This document shows, in pieces, positions 49,162 to 59,502 of a stretch of 64,000 bases of DNA. The notes beneath the pieces were generated by a model that saw only the letters and a list, made by a program, of their open reading frames with translations, was not told where the DNA came from and did no database searches. The first letter of the stretch is position 1, and each line of letters opens with the position of its first letter. The position numbers were made by a program, and so were the translations under genes. The stretch is from the NCBI RefSeq assembly GCF_038871235.1, contig NZ_JAVZIN010000004.1, forward strand, positions 20,030 to 84,029, read 5' to 3'. The DNA is from Candidatus Hadarchaeum sp. (lineage in GTDB: Archaea > Hadarchaeota > Hadarchaeia > Hadarchaeales > Hadarchaeaceae).

Positions 49162-49896
49162 TTAGGTCACCTTTGAGTCCTTCCAGAGGTATTCAAAATA
49201 TTCCTTGGCAAACTTGGCCAAGCCGATTTCATTCGACCATATTCCTAACAGTTCATTTCCGCTTCCTAGGATGAGCAGCACCTCTTGTCCATCCACGACG
49301 ACACCACCACCGAAGAGGTTTTCCCTTTTCCTGATTTCTAACTTTCGCGGCAGCTCCAAGCTGCGGAGATTAAGCTTCTTTGACGCCAAGATCCTGACGG
49401 GAATTTGTTTTGCTTCCAAGAGTGAGAGATAAGATTTCAGGCCGGATATCTCCTGAGGCACGTTCGGTAGCGAGAGCAGGACTTCAATCCCGGCGCGGGT
49501 AAGCATCTCTCCAATTTTGGTGAGGATATTTTTTTCACCACGAATCACCCAGACATCTGGTCGCTTTACCTCGGCTCTTCTTGAATAAAGCGGTTCAAGT
49601 TCCTTCAATAGCGCCTCTCCAGCCTCTTTGAGCCTTTTCTCCTCCTCAGTCTTCACGATTTTCACCACTTCAGCCGGATCCCTGGAGCGGTATCGGCTAG
49701 GTCTGCCAGCTTGGGCTTCTACCCATCCACGCGCCTCAAGCCTGGATAGAATGTCGTAAATTCTTGAGTAGGGGACGTTTGCCAGTTTGCTCAGTTCACC
49801 AGCGGTTGAAGGACCATTTGAAACTAAGGCACAGTAAACTCTCGCCTCATATTCGGTCAGGCCGAACTCACGCAGGAGCCGGTGAGCCTTCTCCAT
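49162..49896 (-). CDS. TrmB-family transcriptional regulator
   Basis: N-terminal wHTH LTEYEARVYCALVSNGPSTAGELSKLANVPYSRIYDILSRLEARGWV; start set at ATG 49896 (MEKAHRLL) to avoid overlapping the divergent radical SAM gene. Confidence 0.7.
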   Translation of the reverse strand: MEKAHRLLREFGLTEYEARVYCALVSNGPSTAGELSKLANVPYSRIYDILSRLEARGWVEAQAGRPSRYRSRDPAEVVKIVKTEEEKRLKEAGEALLKELEPLYSRRAEVKRPDVWVIRGEKNILTKIGEMLTRAGIEVLLSLPNVPQEISGLKSYLSLLEAKQIPVRILASKKLNLRSLELPRKLEIRKRENLFGGGVVVDGQEVLLILGSGNELLGIWSNEIGLAKFAKEYFEYLWKDSKVT

Positions 49897-49963
49897 AGCA
49901 CCACTTTTCATATTGAGAGAAGTTTGGCAATGCTTAAAAGTTACCCCTTTTAGTGGTAAATTG

Positions 49964-51565
49964 ATGGCCATGAAGGAATTGGCAAAGACCGGGTCCGTCT
50001 GCCCGCAGTGTTTGAGAATTCTTCCCGCGCAGATCATTGAGCGCGATGGAAAAGTTTGGATCAAGAAGGAATGTCCGGAGCACGGTGTTTTTGAGGACCT
50101 CTACTTTGGCTCTTATGAGTGGTATCGGCGAGCCCAGATCTTTGCCCGCGACGGCAGAGGGGTGCTGAATCCACAGGTTACCAAGGAAAACCCTGTTTGT
50201 CCTTCTGACTGTGGTTTGTGTAAGATGCACATGAGCCATACCGCTTTGGCGAACATTGTACTCACTAATCGTTGTGATCTTTCCTGCTGGTACTGCTTTT
50301 TTTATTCAGGCAGGGTGGGCTATGTTTACGAGCCCACTTTTGGTGAGATAGAAGAAATGGTTAAAACCCTGAAGTCGGAGCAACCGGTGCCGTGCAACGC
50401 AGTTCAGCTCACCGGGGGAGAGCCTTGTCTTAGGGAGGACCTAGTGGATATCATAAAGATGGTCAAGTCATATGGTGTGGATCACGTTCAGCTGAACACA
50501 AACGGCATCAGGCTGGCGTTAGACCCGGACCTCGTTGAAAAAGTTCGGGCGGCTGGTGTCAACACCCTTTATCTTAGCTTCGATGGAGTTACTGAGAAGA
50601 CTAATCCCAAGAATCACTGGGAGGTTCCCCAGCTCATAGAGAACTGTAGAAAGGTTGGCATGGGTATTGTTCTGGTGCCCACGGTGATAAAATCTGTAAA
50701 CGACCATGAAGTTGGTGACATCTTAAAGTTCGGGTTCAAGAACATTGACATCATCCGCAGCGTGAATTACCAGCCAGTTTCTCTTGTGGGCAAGATGCCA
50801 CGTGAGGAGCGCGAGCGCTACCGCATCACCATTCCTGATGTCATAAAGAATATTGAGGAGCAGACCGATGGAATTCTTAAGATGGATGATTTCTTCCCTG
50901 TTCCGACCGCGTTGATGATAAGCGATTTCGTCGAGGCCCTGACGAAAAAGCCAATGTACCAGATGAGCAGCCATTTTGCCTGCGGTGCTGCCACCTATGT
51001 TTTCAACGATAACGGCAAGATGCTGCCGCTGACTCATTTTATTGATGTCCAGGGCCTGCTTGAATACTTGGCTGAGAAGTCGGAGGAACTTCGTGCCGGA
51101 AAGAGCAAACTGCTAGTTGGGGCCAAATTGCTTTATAGCATCGGGAAGTTCGTTGATAAAAAGAAGAAACCGAAGGGTCTGGATATCGACCGCATAATAT
51201 TCAACGCGTTAATAAAACACGAGTACAACGCGATAGGTCAGTTTCACATGAAATCTCTTTTCATCGGGATGATGCACTTTATGGATCTCTATAATTACGA
51301 TATTGAGCGGGTCAAGAGATGCTGCATCCATTACGCGATGAACGACAATCGGATTATTCCCTTTTGCGCCTTCAACGTCATTCCGGAGTGGTACCGGGAC
51401 AAGAACCAGGCGGCGCAGGGTATCTCGTTTGAGGAGTGGGAGAGAAAGACAGGAAGACCGCTGAAACAGGACCTTTATAAGCGCGATGCGGAAAAATTAA
51501 AGGCATCTGAGGCTTACAAGAAGTTTGTTTGGCAGGTGGAGGAGATAAAGTCCGGCAAGTTTTGA
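49964..51565 (+). CDS. Radical SAM protein with N-terminal zinc-ribbon/rubredoxin-like CxxC...CPEHG motif; candidate tetraether lipid synthase (Tes/GDGT-MAS-like) family
   Basis: CxxxCxxC at NRCDLSCWYCFF, N-terminal VCPQC...ECPEHG, Cys-rich C-terminus (CGAATY, CCIHY, FCAF); about 530 aa. Family call is from recalled domain architecture and the adjacent carS, not an alignment. Confidence 0.5.
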   Translation: MAMKELAKTGSVCPQCLRILPAQIIERDGKVWIKKECPEHGVFEDLYFGSYEWYRRAQIFARDGRGVLNPQVTKENPVCPSDCGLCKMHMSHTALANIVLTNRCDLSCWYCFFYSGRVGYVYEPTFGEIEEMVKTLKSEQPVPCNAVQLTGGEPCLREDLVDIIKMVKSYGVDHVQLNTNGIRLALDPDLVEKVRAAGVNTLYLSFDGVTEKTNPKNHWEVPQLIENCRKVGMGIVLVPTVIKSVNDHEVGDILKFGFKNIDIIRSVNYQPVSLVGKMPREERERYRITIPDVIKNIEEQTDGILKMDDFFPVPTALMISDFVEALTKKPMYQMSSHFACGAATYVFNDNGKMLPLTHFIDVQGLLEYLAEKSEELRAGKSKLLVGAKLLYSIGKFVDKKKKPKGLDIDRIIFNALIKHEYNAIGQFHMKSLFIGMMHFMDLYNYDIERVKRCCIHYAMNDNRIIPFCAFNVIPEWYRDKNQAAQGISFEEWERKTGRPLKQDLYKRDAEKLKASEAYKKFVWQVEEIKSGKF

Positions 51566-51638
51566 AAGGGCAAGGTTTTTATATTCTAAAATTTTCTCAT
51601 TATAGTAGCGTAATTGAATAATTAATGGGAGGGATTTT

Positions 51639-53297
51639 ATGGCGAGTCAGTTAGGAGGACAACCAATACTCATTCTGCCGGAAAAAGTTCAGCGGTACCT
51701 GGGCCGAGATGCCCAGCGTATGAACATAATGGCCGCGAGGGTCATAGCGGAGTCGGTCCGCACGACCTTGGGCCCACGCGGAATGGATAAGATGTTGGTT
51801 GATAACTTGGGTGACGTCACCATAACTAACGACGGCGTCACCATTCTTGAGGAAATGGATGTTGAGCACCCGGCCGCAAAGATGATGGTCGAGGTCTCAA
51901 AGGCACAAGAGGACGAGGTCGGAGATGGCACCACAACAGCGGTGGTGTTGGCCGGAGAGCTGTTGAAGAAGTCGGAGGAGCTACTTGAGCAGGATATCCA
52001 TCCGACGGTCATCGTCAGCGGCTACAGGCTGGCAGCCGAGCAGGCTCAGAAGATCCTGGAGAAGATGGCAACTCCTGTCTCCAAGGATGACGACAAGATT
52101 CTCAAGCAGATTGCCAAGACATCAATGAGCAGCAAGGGCTCGGAAATGCACGGCGATAAGCTGGCCGAACTCTGCGTGAAAGCAGTCAAACAGATAGTTG
52201 AGGAAGTCGACGGCAAAATTGAGGCGGACATCGATAACATCAAGGTTGAGAAGAAAACTGGGGGCAGCTCTGCCGACACTCAGCTGATCAAAGGAATAGT
52301 TCTCGACAAAGAGGTGGTTCACCCCGGCATGCCGAAGAGGGTGGAAAATGCCAAGATCGCTCTGCTGAACCTTGCTCTAGAAGTCAAAAAGACCGAGACG
52401 GATGCCAAGATTAACATTACTGACCCTGAGCAGCTCAAAAAGTTTATCGATGAGGAACAGCGCATGCTGAAGGAGATGGTTGACCAGATAAAGAGCGTCG
52501 GCGCCAACGTTGTCTTCTGCCAGAAGGGTATCGACGATGTGGCCCAGCACTACTTGGCTAAGGCCGGAATCTTGGCGGCTCGAAGGGTGAAGGAGTCCGA
52601 TATGGAGAAGCTAGCCCGCGCCACCGGGGGCAACTGTGTGACTAACATCAAGGATCTCACCGTCAAGGACTTGGGCACAGCGGAGCTGGTGGAGGAGAGA
52701 AAGATTGCAGGTGATGAGATGATTTTTGTTGAGGGCTGTAAGGATCCGAGATCAGTGAGCATTCTGGTTAGGGGTGGCACCGAGCACGTCGTCGATGAGG
52801 TCGAGCGGGCAGTACATGACGCGGTTTCAGTGGTTTCAGCGGCCATTGAGGACGGAAAGATAGTCGGTGGTGGCGGAGCCCCCGAGATAGAGGTGGCCAA
52901 AGGACTTAGGGAGTATTCCGATTCCGTTGGCGGCCGCGAGGCTCTTGCGGTAAATGCTTTTGCCGATGCGATCGAGGTGATCCCAAGGACTTTGGCTGAA
53001 AACGCAGGGATGGATCCCATCGACATCTTGGTGCAACTTAGGGCAGCCCATGAGAAGAGCGATGGAAAGAATGTGGGTGTTGATGTCATCAGCGGCAAGG
53101 TCTTGAACACTCTCGAGAAGGGGATAGTGGAACCACTAAGGGTCAAGATCCAGGCAATCAAATCCGCAACTGAAGTCACCGAGATGATCCTTAGAATAGA
53201 CGACGTTATCGCCGCAGGAAAGCTGGAAAAAGAAGAGAAAGAAAAAGAGAAAGAGAAGGGAGCTGGCCCTGAGATGGGTGGCATGCCAGAGATGTAG
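51639..53297 (+). CDS. ths: Thermosome subunit (group II chaperonin)
   Basis: [28 protein letters not shown]-terminal GGMPEM tail; ribosome-binding site GGGAGGG before ATG 51639. Confidence 0.9.
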   Translation: MASQLGGQPILILPEKVQRYLGRDAQRMNIMAARVIAESVRTTLGPRGMDKMLVDNLGDVTITNDGVTILEEMDVEHPAAKMMVEVSKAQEDEVGDGTTTAVVLAGELLKKSEELLEQDIHPTVIVSGYRLAAEQAQKILEKMATPVSKDDDKILKQIAKTSMSSKGSEMHGDKLAELCVKAVKQIVEEVDGKIEADIDNIKVEKKTGGSSADTQLIKGIVLDKEVVHPGMPKRVENAKIALLNLALEVKKTETDAKINITDPEQLKKFIDEEQRMLKEMVDQIKSVGANVVFCQKGIDDVAQHYLAKAGILAARRVKESDMEKLARATGGNCVTNIKDLTVKDLGTAELVEERKIAGDEMIFVEGCKDPRSVSILVRGGTEHVVDEVERAVHDAVSVVSAAIEDGKIVGGGGAPEIEVAKGLREYSDSVGGREALAVNAFADAIEVIPRTLAENAGMDPIDILVQLRAAHEKSDGKNVGVDVISGKVLNTLEKGIVEPLRVKIQAIKSATEVTEMILRIDDVIAAGKLEKEEKEKEKEKGAGPEMGGMPEM

Positions 53298-53512
53298 GGG
53301 GCCATCCCATTCTCCACAAAAAACACACTCGCTTTGAAAAGGCCCGCATTATTGGAGCTAGGGCGCTTCAGATACAGATGGGCGCCCCTGTTTTAGTTGA
53401 GTTGCCGAAGAACTTAGTTGACCCAATCGATATTGCCATGTATGAATACGAAAGGGATGCGATTCCGATTACGGTGGTGAGAAGGCTTCCTGGAGAGACC
53501 AGAGCTGCGTAA
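53294..53512 (+). CDS. rpoK: DNA-directed RNA polymerase subunit K (Rpo6); start codon unresolved
   Basis: Frame encodes ...[65 protein letters not shown], matching the Rpo6 core; no ATG/GTG/TTG in frame upstream of the conserved TRFEKAR motif before the stop at 53270. Not in the ORF track. Confidence 0.55.
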   Translation, partial: VGGHPILHKKHTRFEKARIIGARALQIQMGAPVLVELPKNLVDPIDIAMYEYERDAIPITVVRRLPGETRAA

Positions 53513-53598
53513 TAATGATCCCTTTTTATTTCACAATTAACCAGTTTTTTACCAGTTTTGATTTTAAGTAATGAATGTGAGCTTTAATTGGTGCCAAG

Positions 53599-54627
53599 AT
53601 GGGAGTGCAGCTTGGCGATTTAGTTTCCCGGGAGAAGGTTGAACTGGAAAGCTTGAGCGGCAGGATAATTGCCATAGATGCCCTGAACTCCCTCTATCAA
53701 TTCCTTTCCATAATCAGGCAGCGCGACGGCGAGCTGTTGCGGGACTCGAGAGGCCGCATAACCTCACATCTTTCTGGGATCTTCTACAGGACGGCCAATT
53801 TTGTCGAGGCCGGGATCAGACCAGTTTATGTCTTTGATGGAAAGCCACCGGCCCTGAAGCGTCTGACGGTCGAGCAGCGCCAGCTGGTGAGGCTGGAGGC
53901 AGAAAGCGAGTGGAAAAAGGCGCTGGAAGAGGGAAGGATACAGGATGCCAGAAAGTTCGCCCAGAGAGCGGGCCGTTTAGACACCGCCATGATAAAGCAG
54001 ACGCAGGAGCTTTTGAGTTATATGGGGCTTCCTTGGGTGCAAGCTCCCGGTGAGGGTGAGGCTCAGGCGGCGCTCATGGTTCAACGTGGTGATGCTTGGG
54101 CAGCGGCAAGCCAGGATTTTGACAGTCTGCTCTTTGGTGCGCCAAGGCTGGTTCGGAACTTGGCCATCACGGGCAGGCGAAAGCTTCCAGGTAAGGATGC
54201 TTATACCGAGGTCTATCCTGAGATCATCGAGCTGGAAAAGGTCCTAGCGGAGCTTGGAATAACTCGGGAGCAGTTGGTCGACATTGGGATTTTGGTGGGG
54301 ACGGATTACAATGAAGGCATCAAGGGCATCGGACCTAAGAAAGCGCTGGAGCTGGTCAAAAAATATGGTTCGATGGTGGAGATTCTCAAGACTGAGCTGG
54401 GCAAAAAGTTTGAGGTTGACCCGCTTGAGGTCAGGGAAATTTTTCTAAGACCAGATGTTACTACCAACTATAGCTTGGTCTGGGGTGATCCCGATCCTGA
54501 GGCCATTAAAAAATTCCTCTGTGATGAATATGATTTTTCTGAGGAGAGGGTGCGGTCGGGAATAGATAAGTTGACTAAGGGCAAGTTGGAGCGGGGACAG
54601 GCCAAGCTGGAGAAGTGGTTTAGCTAG
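53599..54627 (+). CDS. fen: Flap endonuclease 1
   Basis: N-terminal MGVQLGDLV...IAIDALNSLYQF, I-domain GEGEAQAA..., PCNA-binding C-terminus. Confidence 0.9.
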   Translation: MGVQLGDLVSREKVELESLSGRIIAIDALNSLYQFLSIIRQRDGELLRDSRGRITSHLSGIFYRTANFVEAGIRPVYVFDGKPPALKRLTVEQRQLVRLEAESEWKKALEEGRIQDARKFAQRAGRLDTAMIKQTQELLSYMGLPWVQAPGEGEAQAALMVQRGDAWAAASQDFDSLLFGAPRLVRNLAITGRRKLPGKDAYTEVYPEIIELEKVLAELGITREQLVDIGILVGTDYNEGIKGIGPKKALELVKKYGSMVEILKTELGKKFEVDPLEVREIFLRPDVTTNYSLVWGDPDPEAIKKFLCDEYDFSEERVRSGIDKLTKGKLERGQAKLEKWFS

Positions 54628-55283
54628 TCTTCCTTGTTCCAGCCGCATCTTCCAATGAGGGGCACGAAGGAGCAGCCACCGTGTTCGGTGATTGAGATTT
54701 CTCCCGACTCGGTTTTCTCTGCAATGGTCCAAGTTTGAAACATATAATCCCTACCCACCGGAGCACCCAATTTACCGCCGATCTTTAGCTGTTTTATCAG
54801 CGGCCTCGGCAACTCAGGGGCGCAGGCGGTTACCAAAATACGATCCCATGGGGCGCCCTCTTCGTAGCCAAGTGAGCCATCACCGATCACCACTTTCACC
54901 CAGCCGTACCCCGTTTTTTTCAGGTTTTCTTCGGCAAATTCCGCGAGTTCCTTGATTCTTTCCACGGTGACCACAACCCCCTTTTTTCCAACTACCTCGG
55001 CGATAAGGGCAGCGTTGTATCCTGAGCCAGCGCCGATCTCCAGCACGCGCATTCCCAGGGACAGGTCCAGCGTTTCCATCATAATCGCTATCATGCTGGG
55101 GGCAGAGATGGTCTGGCCTTTTCCAATGGGCAGCGGTTGGTCATAATAAGCGTAGCTTCTTTCGCTGTCCGGTATGAACTCGTGTCGGGGTACCTTCCTG
55201 AAGGCAGCGATGACATTAGGTTTGGTCAGATAACCCCATTTAATCAACCTTTCGACTAATTCCTCTCTCTCCCGGTCCAACAT
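54624..55283 (-). CDS. pcm: Protein-L-isoaspartate O-methyltransferase
   Basis: VLEIGAGSGYNAALIA SAM-binding motif and PIMT-typical pre- and post-regions. Confidence 0.85.
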   Translation of the reverse strand: MLDREREELVERLIKWGYLTKPNVIAAFRKVPRHEFIPDSERSYAYYDQPLPIGKGQTISAPSMIAIMMETLDLSLGMRVLEIGAGSGYNAALIAEVVGKKGVVVTVERIKELAEFAEENLKKTGYGWVKVVIGDGSLGYEEGAPWDRILVTACAPELPRPLIKQLKIGGKLGAPVGRDYMFQTWTIAEKTESGEISITEHGGCSFVPLIGRCGWNKED

Positions 55284-55305
55284 TCGATCAAAGTAATATT
55301 TTTCC

Positions 55306-55758
55306 TTGCTTCTTAAATTAGGTCGTGGTCAGATGAGATGGGTTCTCAAGGCGAGGGGCCATCCGATGGTGACCGCGAAGCACCGGACAACTTTTATGAT
55401 CACCAAGGATGAAACGCTTGGCCCTAGGGGAGATTGTGTCATTGGGGTGCGCGCGGATAGATCCGCTGCGGAGCTGGATCTCAAGCTGAAGAGGCTGGCG
55501 ATGCTAGGAGGGCCGGTTATCATCAGGCTCAGGGCCGGTGGGTTTTATGACGAGGTCAGAGCTTGGGGGCATCCGTTGTTGACCCTCAGCCATCCAACTG
55601 ATATTGTGGTGAGAAAGAGTCGGTTTATCTGCAGCCGGACTTTAGCGGTTGGTGCCAACAAGGCGGCCGCGGATCTGTCTAGAGAACTAGTGGCGTCTCT
55701 TCGCAAGCCAACGACCGAGTTAGAGATGGAGATAATCTTTAGCATTGGCCGCGTTTGA
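55306..55758 (+). CDS. DUF371-family protein
   Basis: VLKARGHPMVTAKHRTTFMITKDETLGPRGDCVIGV pattern resembles archaeal DUF371. Confidence 0.45.
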   Translation: MLLKLGRGQMRWVLKARGHPMVTAKHRTTFMITKDETLGPRGDCVIGVRADRSAAELDLKLKRLAMLGGPVIIRLRAGGFYDEVRAWGHPLLTLSHPTDIVVRKSRFICSRTLAVGANKAAADLSRELVASLRKPTTELEMEIIFSIGRV

Positions 55759-55827
55759 TTTCCAGTTTCAACCCAGTTGAACCTTGGCAAGTAATATTTA
55801 AGTTATTTCAGTTCGTTTTGTTGATGT

Positions 55828-56886
55828 GTGAAATTGATGAAAAAAAGGCTTGGTTTTTTTAACAAGAGGTCGATCTCAGTTTTCATACTTTTGTGTTTGC
55901 TGACAGTAATAGCGGCTTTTTTGTTGTTGCGGGAAAACTTGGACTCGATGCTGTGGGCCCTATACCGGGCTAATCTTTTTTTCCTGTTACTGGCGGTTTT
56001 CACGTATTTATTCGGATTGTTGTTTTGGTCTTTGCGTTGGCGTCTGACTCTCGCTACGTCAGGGTACATAGTTCCGATCAGGAGCATCTATGTCATCATT
56101 TTGGGCGGAATTTTCATAAACAACATAACGCCTTTCACCTACGCAGGCGGAGATCCGATTGCTCGGGCTTATATTCTTAGAAGAACCCAAAATGTGCCTT
56201 ATTCAAGCGGCTTTGCCACGATTCTGTCGGAATACATCATGGACTTGCCGGTATATGTTTCGCTGTTGATCTTCGGATTTTTAATTTCCCTGAAACAGTT
56301 TGATCTTTGGTATGGGATTTTCGTTTTTCTAGTCTGGCTGTTTTTTTTAGTTGGATGGAGCGTTTTCTTCTTCCATGTGTTATCAAGTGCCACAGGTGCC
56401 AAGCGGATAGCTAGGGTGACCTCAAAACTGGCGAAGATCTTTCATCGCAAAGTGAAAAAGGCGGGATTGGAGCGCAGCATAAAGAGGTTCTATCGGAGTT
56501 CCGAGGAAATCATAAAGGACGGTAGAACGATCTTTGGCATCACTGTTCTTACTGTCACCATCATAGCATTGGCCATTTCTAGGTTATACTTCATCTTCCA
56601 GGCTTTTGGCTACATGCCTTCTCTCCCGATGTTGTTCTTTGCCTTGACCCTTCCCGCGCTTGTGGGATTGATACCCGTGCTCCCTGGGGGATTGGGCACA
56701 GTGGATGCCACGATTTTGTCCGTTTTCCTTCTTTTCGGTGTCCCGCTTCAAGTGGCAATAAGCGCCACGTTGATCGAGAGGGCGATAACCCTTGTTTTCA
56801 GCACAATATTGGGGGCAGGTGCAATTTCCTATTTAGGGATAAAGCAGGGCAATGCTAGAATATCAAGAGCAAAACGGCCGCGATGA
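55828..56886 (+). CDS. Flippase-like membrane protein (UPF0104 / lysyl-phosphatidylglycerol synthase TM-domain family)
   Basis: Eight or more TM helices, positively charged loops, family-typical GG...P and GxxD patterns; heads a glycosyltransferase locus. Confidence 0.5.
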   Translation: MKLMKKRLGFFNKRSISVFILLCLLTVIAAFLLLRENLDSMLWALYRANLFFLLLAVFTYLFGLLFWSLRWRLTLATSGYIVPIRSIYVIILGGIFINNITPFTYAGGDPIARAYILRRTQNVPYSSGFATILSEYIMDLPVYVSLLIFGFLISLKQFDLWYGIFVFLVWLFFLVGWSVFFFHVLSSATGAKRIARVTSKLAKIFHRKVKKAGLERSIKRFYRSSEEIIKDGRTIFGITVLTVTIIALAISRLYFIFQAFGYMPSLPMLFFALTLPALVGLIPVLPGGLGTVDATILSVFLLFGVPLQVAISATLIERAITLVFSTILGAGAISYLGIKQGNARISRAKRPR

Positions 56887-57573
56887 AAAGCCCGCCCTCC
56901 AGCGCTAGGACCTTTTTGTCGGTCAGATAGGTCCAGAAGTCATAGGGTAGCACCCTGATTCCGTAGAACTTTTTGCTTAGCGGGTAAAGGAGGCGCCTTC
57001 CCTTTTCATCGAAGGACTCGGTTAAAACGTGGATTATTCCGCCCAGAGAAAATGAAATGGCAATATTCCAGCTGTTGCTCCAGCCGATGGCGCTTAGCCC
57101 CAGATAGAGGAACGGCAATATTATCAAGTAAAGAAAGATAGTGTGCAGGATTGTGGAGGCATGGGTTTCATTGATCGGGTTTTTAGGGGTTTTCTTCCTC
57201 AGCAGCGTTGGGAAGACGTCAAAGTTAGGAAAACCGCTTCCGATGAGTAAGGCCACCAGATTGATGTTCCCTGAGAAAAGGCCGTAGATGATTAGTGGGA
57301 TGGAAACGTGTCCTATTAACGTTTTCTCAGCTCCTTGGCCATCTTGATCATGGCTATGAGGAACGGCGGCAGAAAGGGCGCGATTACTACCAGCGTGTAG
57401 ATTCCTATTTCCCGTATCACCAGCGCTAGCAGGGTTAGACCCATGAAGATCCAGATGACAACGTAACCGGCATTTTCGCGCATCCATTTCCTGAGTTTGA
57501 CCCTCATACCTGATCCAACCTTTTTAAACTTCGTGTTTTGATTTAATGACTTTTGCGTCATCTCTTTAAGCAC
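56855..57573 (-). pseudogene. Membrane-bound metal-dependent hydrolase-like protein (YdjM/DUF457-like) split into two overlapping frames
   Basis: Track ORFs 57316..57573 (2-TM N-terminal segment ending ...MAKELRKR*) and 56855..57487 (...LIGHVSIPLIIYGLFSGN...) join into one continuous protein if the T4 run at fwd 57322-57325 were T5. Confidence 0.45.
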
Positions 57574-57599
57574 CCATCCAGATGAATTTAGCGGTAGGG

Positions 57600-58754
57600 A
57601 TGAGAATTCTACACGTTAACCCGTTTTACTATCCGTATCAGGGCGGTACTGAGAAATACCTTTACGATCTGTGCAAGCGGCTGGCTAGGAGGAATTCCGT
57701 GAGCGTGATATCCTCAAAGTTTGGGAACAATCCCGAGTTCGAGATTATCGAAGGAACCAAGGTTTACCGGATAAAGAGCATCGTCCTGGAGAAGCTACCT
57801 CCATTTTTACCGCCACCCCTAGCGATACCGATCTCATTTCGCCGCAACATTCTCAGGATCTGTGAAAAGGAAAGGCCTGACGTGGTCCACATCCACAACA
57901 GATTCTTTTTGAGCTATTCATCCATGGTGCTGTGGAAGAAATCGTTGGGTGCACCACTTTTTATCACCCTTCACAATGCTAGGCCTGTGGGCATAAATGA
58001 GGAGACTGATTTTCTAGGGCAGCTTTTTGATGATTACATTGGACATAGGATAATTCGAAGTTGTGACCGGGTTCTCGCCAACAGCCGGTGGACGCTGGAG
58101 ACAACCTTGCCCAAGGATTATCCTCGGGAGAAGGCAGAGATAATTTACAACGGAGTTGACACCCGGAGGTTCAGGCGGATAGATTCAAGTCTTAAGGACA
58201 AGCTGGGCTGTGAGTTTCTTTCCACGACCGTTTGCAGGTTGCTACCGCAGAAAGGGGTCAACTATCTCATTGCCGCCATCAAGGATATTGAGGAAGACTA
58301 CAAGGCTGTGATAGTGGGTCGGGGCCCATGCCTCGGTGAGCTAAAATCTTTGGCTAAAAAATTGGGCGTAGATAAAAAGGTTGAGTTTGTCACCAGTCAT
58401 CTGACGGATGAAGAGTTGGTTAAATATTACTCTGCCAGTGATTTCTCAGTACTTCCTTCCCTCTGGGAGCCTTTCGGGATAACCTTGATTGAGGCAATGG
58501 CCTGTGGCTGTCCCATAATCGCCACGAATGTCGGCGGAATTCCTGAGGTCGTCACCAGTGACTGTGGAATCTTGGTGAGTCCTAGAAGTTCCAATGAACT
58601 TGCTTTGGCCATTAACAGGCTCATCGGGGATAAGAACCTCAGGAGAAAAATGTCCAGAAATGCCCGTAAACGGGTTGAGAAGTACTTCGACTTTGATCTG
58701 ATTGCTGAAAAGGTTGAACAAAGCTATCGGAGTTATCTTGAGGAATCGGGTTGA
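57600..58754 (+). CDS. Glycosyltransferase family 4
   Basis: GT4 (GT-B) C-terminal EPFGITLIEAMACGCPIIATNVGG motif; ribosome-binding site GGTAGGG before ATG 57600. Confidence 0.8.
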   Translation: MRILHVNPFYYPYQGGTEKYLYDLCKRLARRNSVSVISSKFGNNPEFEIIEGTKVYRIKSIVLEKLPPFLPPPLAIPISFRRNILRICEKERPDVVHIHNRFFLSYSSMVLWKKSLGAPLFITLHNARPVGINEETDFLGQLFDDYIGHRIIRSCDRVLANSRWTLETTLPKDYPREKAEIIYNGVDTRRFRRIDSSLKDKLGCEFLSTTVCRLLPQKGVNYLIAAIKDIEEDYKAVIVGRGPCLGELKSLAKKLGVDKKVEFVTSHLTDEELVKYYSASDFSVLPSLWEPFGITLIEAMACGCPIIATNVGGIPEVVTSDCGILVSPRSSNELALAINRLIGDKNLRRKMSRNARKRVEKYFDFDLIAEKVEQSYRSYLEESG

Positions 58755-58783
58755 AGTTAGCATTTTTTCAAAGGTGATTTTTT

Positions 58784-59488
58784 GTGTATCAACTGTCTGA
58801 AAAACCGAAGATAACGATAGTGGTCCCGGCCCTAAACGAGGAGAGGCTGATTGCCCAGACATTGGAAAATGCTTGTTGCGTAGCCCCTGAAGCTGAGATC
58901 ATTGTTGTCGATAGTGGCTCCACAGACAACACAGCCAGAATAGCCGCCCAGTATGCGAGGGTCTATCACAAGGTTGGTAATGTGGCGCAGGCGAGAAACT
59001 TTGGCGCAAAGATGGCCACCGGAGAAATCATCGTTTTTTTGGACGCGGATACTCTTATAACCAAGCAATTCATGGATGAGGTTATTCGCGCTTTCAAGAA
59101 TCCTGAGGTCGTCGGAGCTGGAGGCTTGATTATGCCCCACTTCAAGGGGGTTTTGGTTGAACTCATCTTTTACTTTTTCAACCTTTTGGTACTAGCTTCT
59201 TTTGCTTTTTTAGGCCCCTTTCTTGCGGGAACTTGTGTCGCTTACAAGAGAGACCCGTTTTTTGAGGTTGGGGGTTTCAATGAGCAGCTGGTGGCCTCTG
59301 AGGATTTCGATCTGTGTCGGAGAATTTCCAAGAAGGGCAGGGTAGTCTTTCTTAGGAAGATTGTTGTAAGAACATCGAGGAGAAGGTTGGAGAAGCTGGG
59401 GTTAATGGGGCTGGTTCTTGACTGGGCCAAGGTCACGGTTCATTATCTGAGCGGCAGAAACCCCACGAAATACGGCAGTTTTAGGTGA
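58784..59488 (+). CDS. Glycosyltransferase family 2 (dolichyl/polyprenyl-phosphate sugar synthase-like)
   Basis: ITIVVPALNEE, VVDSGSTDNT, FLDADT (DxD) motifs. Confidence 0.8.
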   Translation: MYQLSEKPKITIVVPALNEERLIAQTLENACCVAPEAEIIVVDSGSTDNTARIAAQYARVYHKVGNVAQARNFGAKMATGEIIVFLDADTLITKQFMDEVIRAFKNPEVVGAGGLIMPHFKGVLVELIFYFFNLLVLASFAFLGPFLAGTCVAYKRDPFFEVGGFNEQLVASEDFDLCRRISKKGRVVFLRKIVVRTSRRRLEKLGLMGLVLDWAKVTVHYLSGRNPTKYGSFR

Positions 59489-59502
59489 CCCAACCGAACA
59501 AA

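Noticed and set aside
53221-53300. Repetitive gaaaaagagaaagagaa tract that looks like a simple-sequence repeat
   Set aside because: It encodes the low-complexity [12 protein letters not shown]...GGMPEM tail of the thermosome, a normal feature of group II chaperonins
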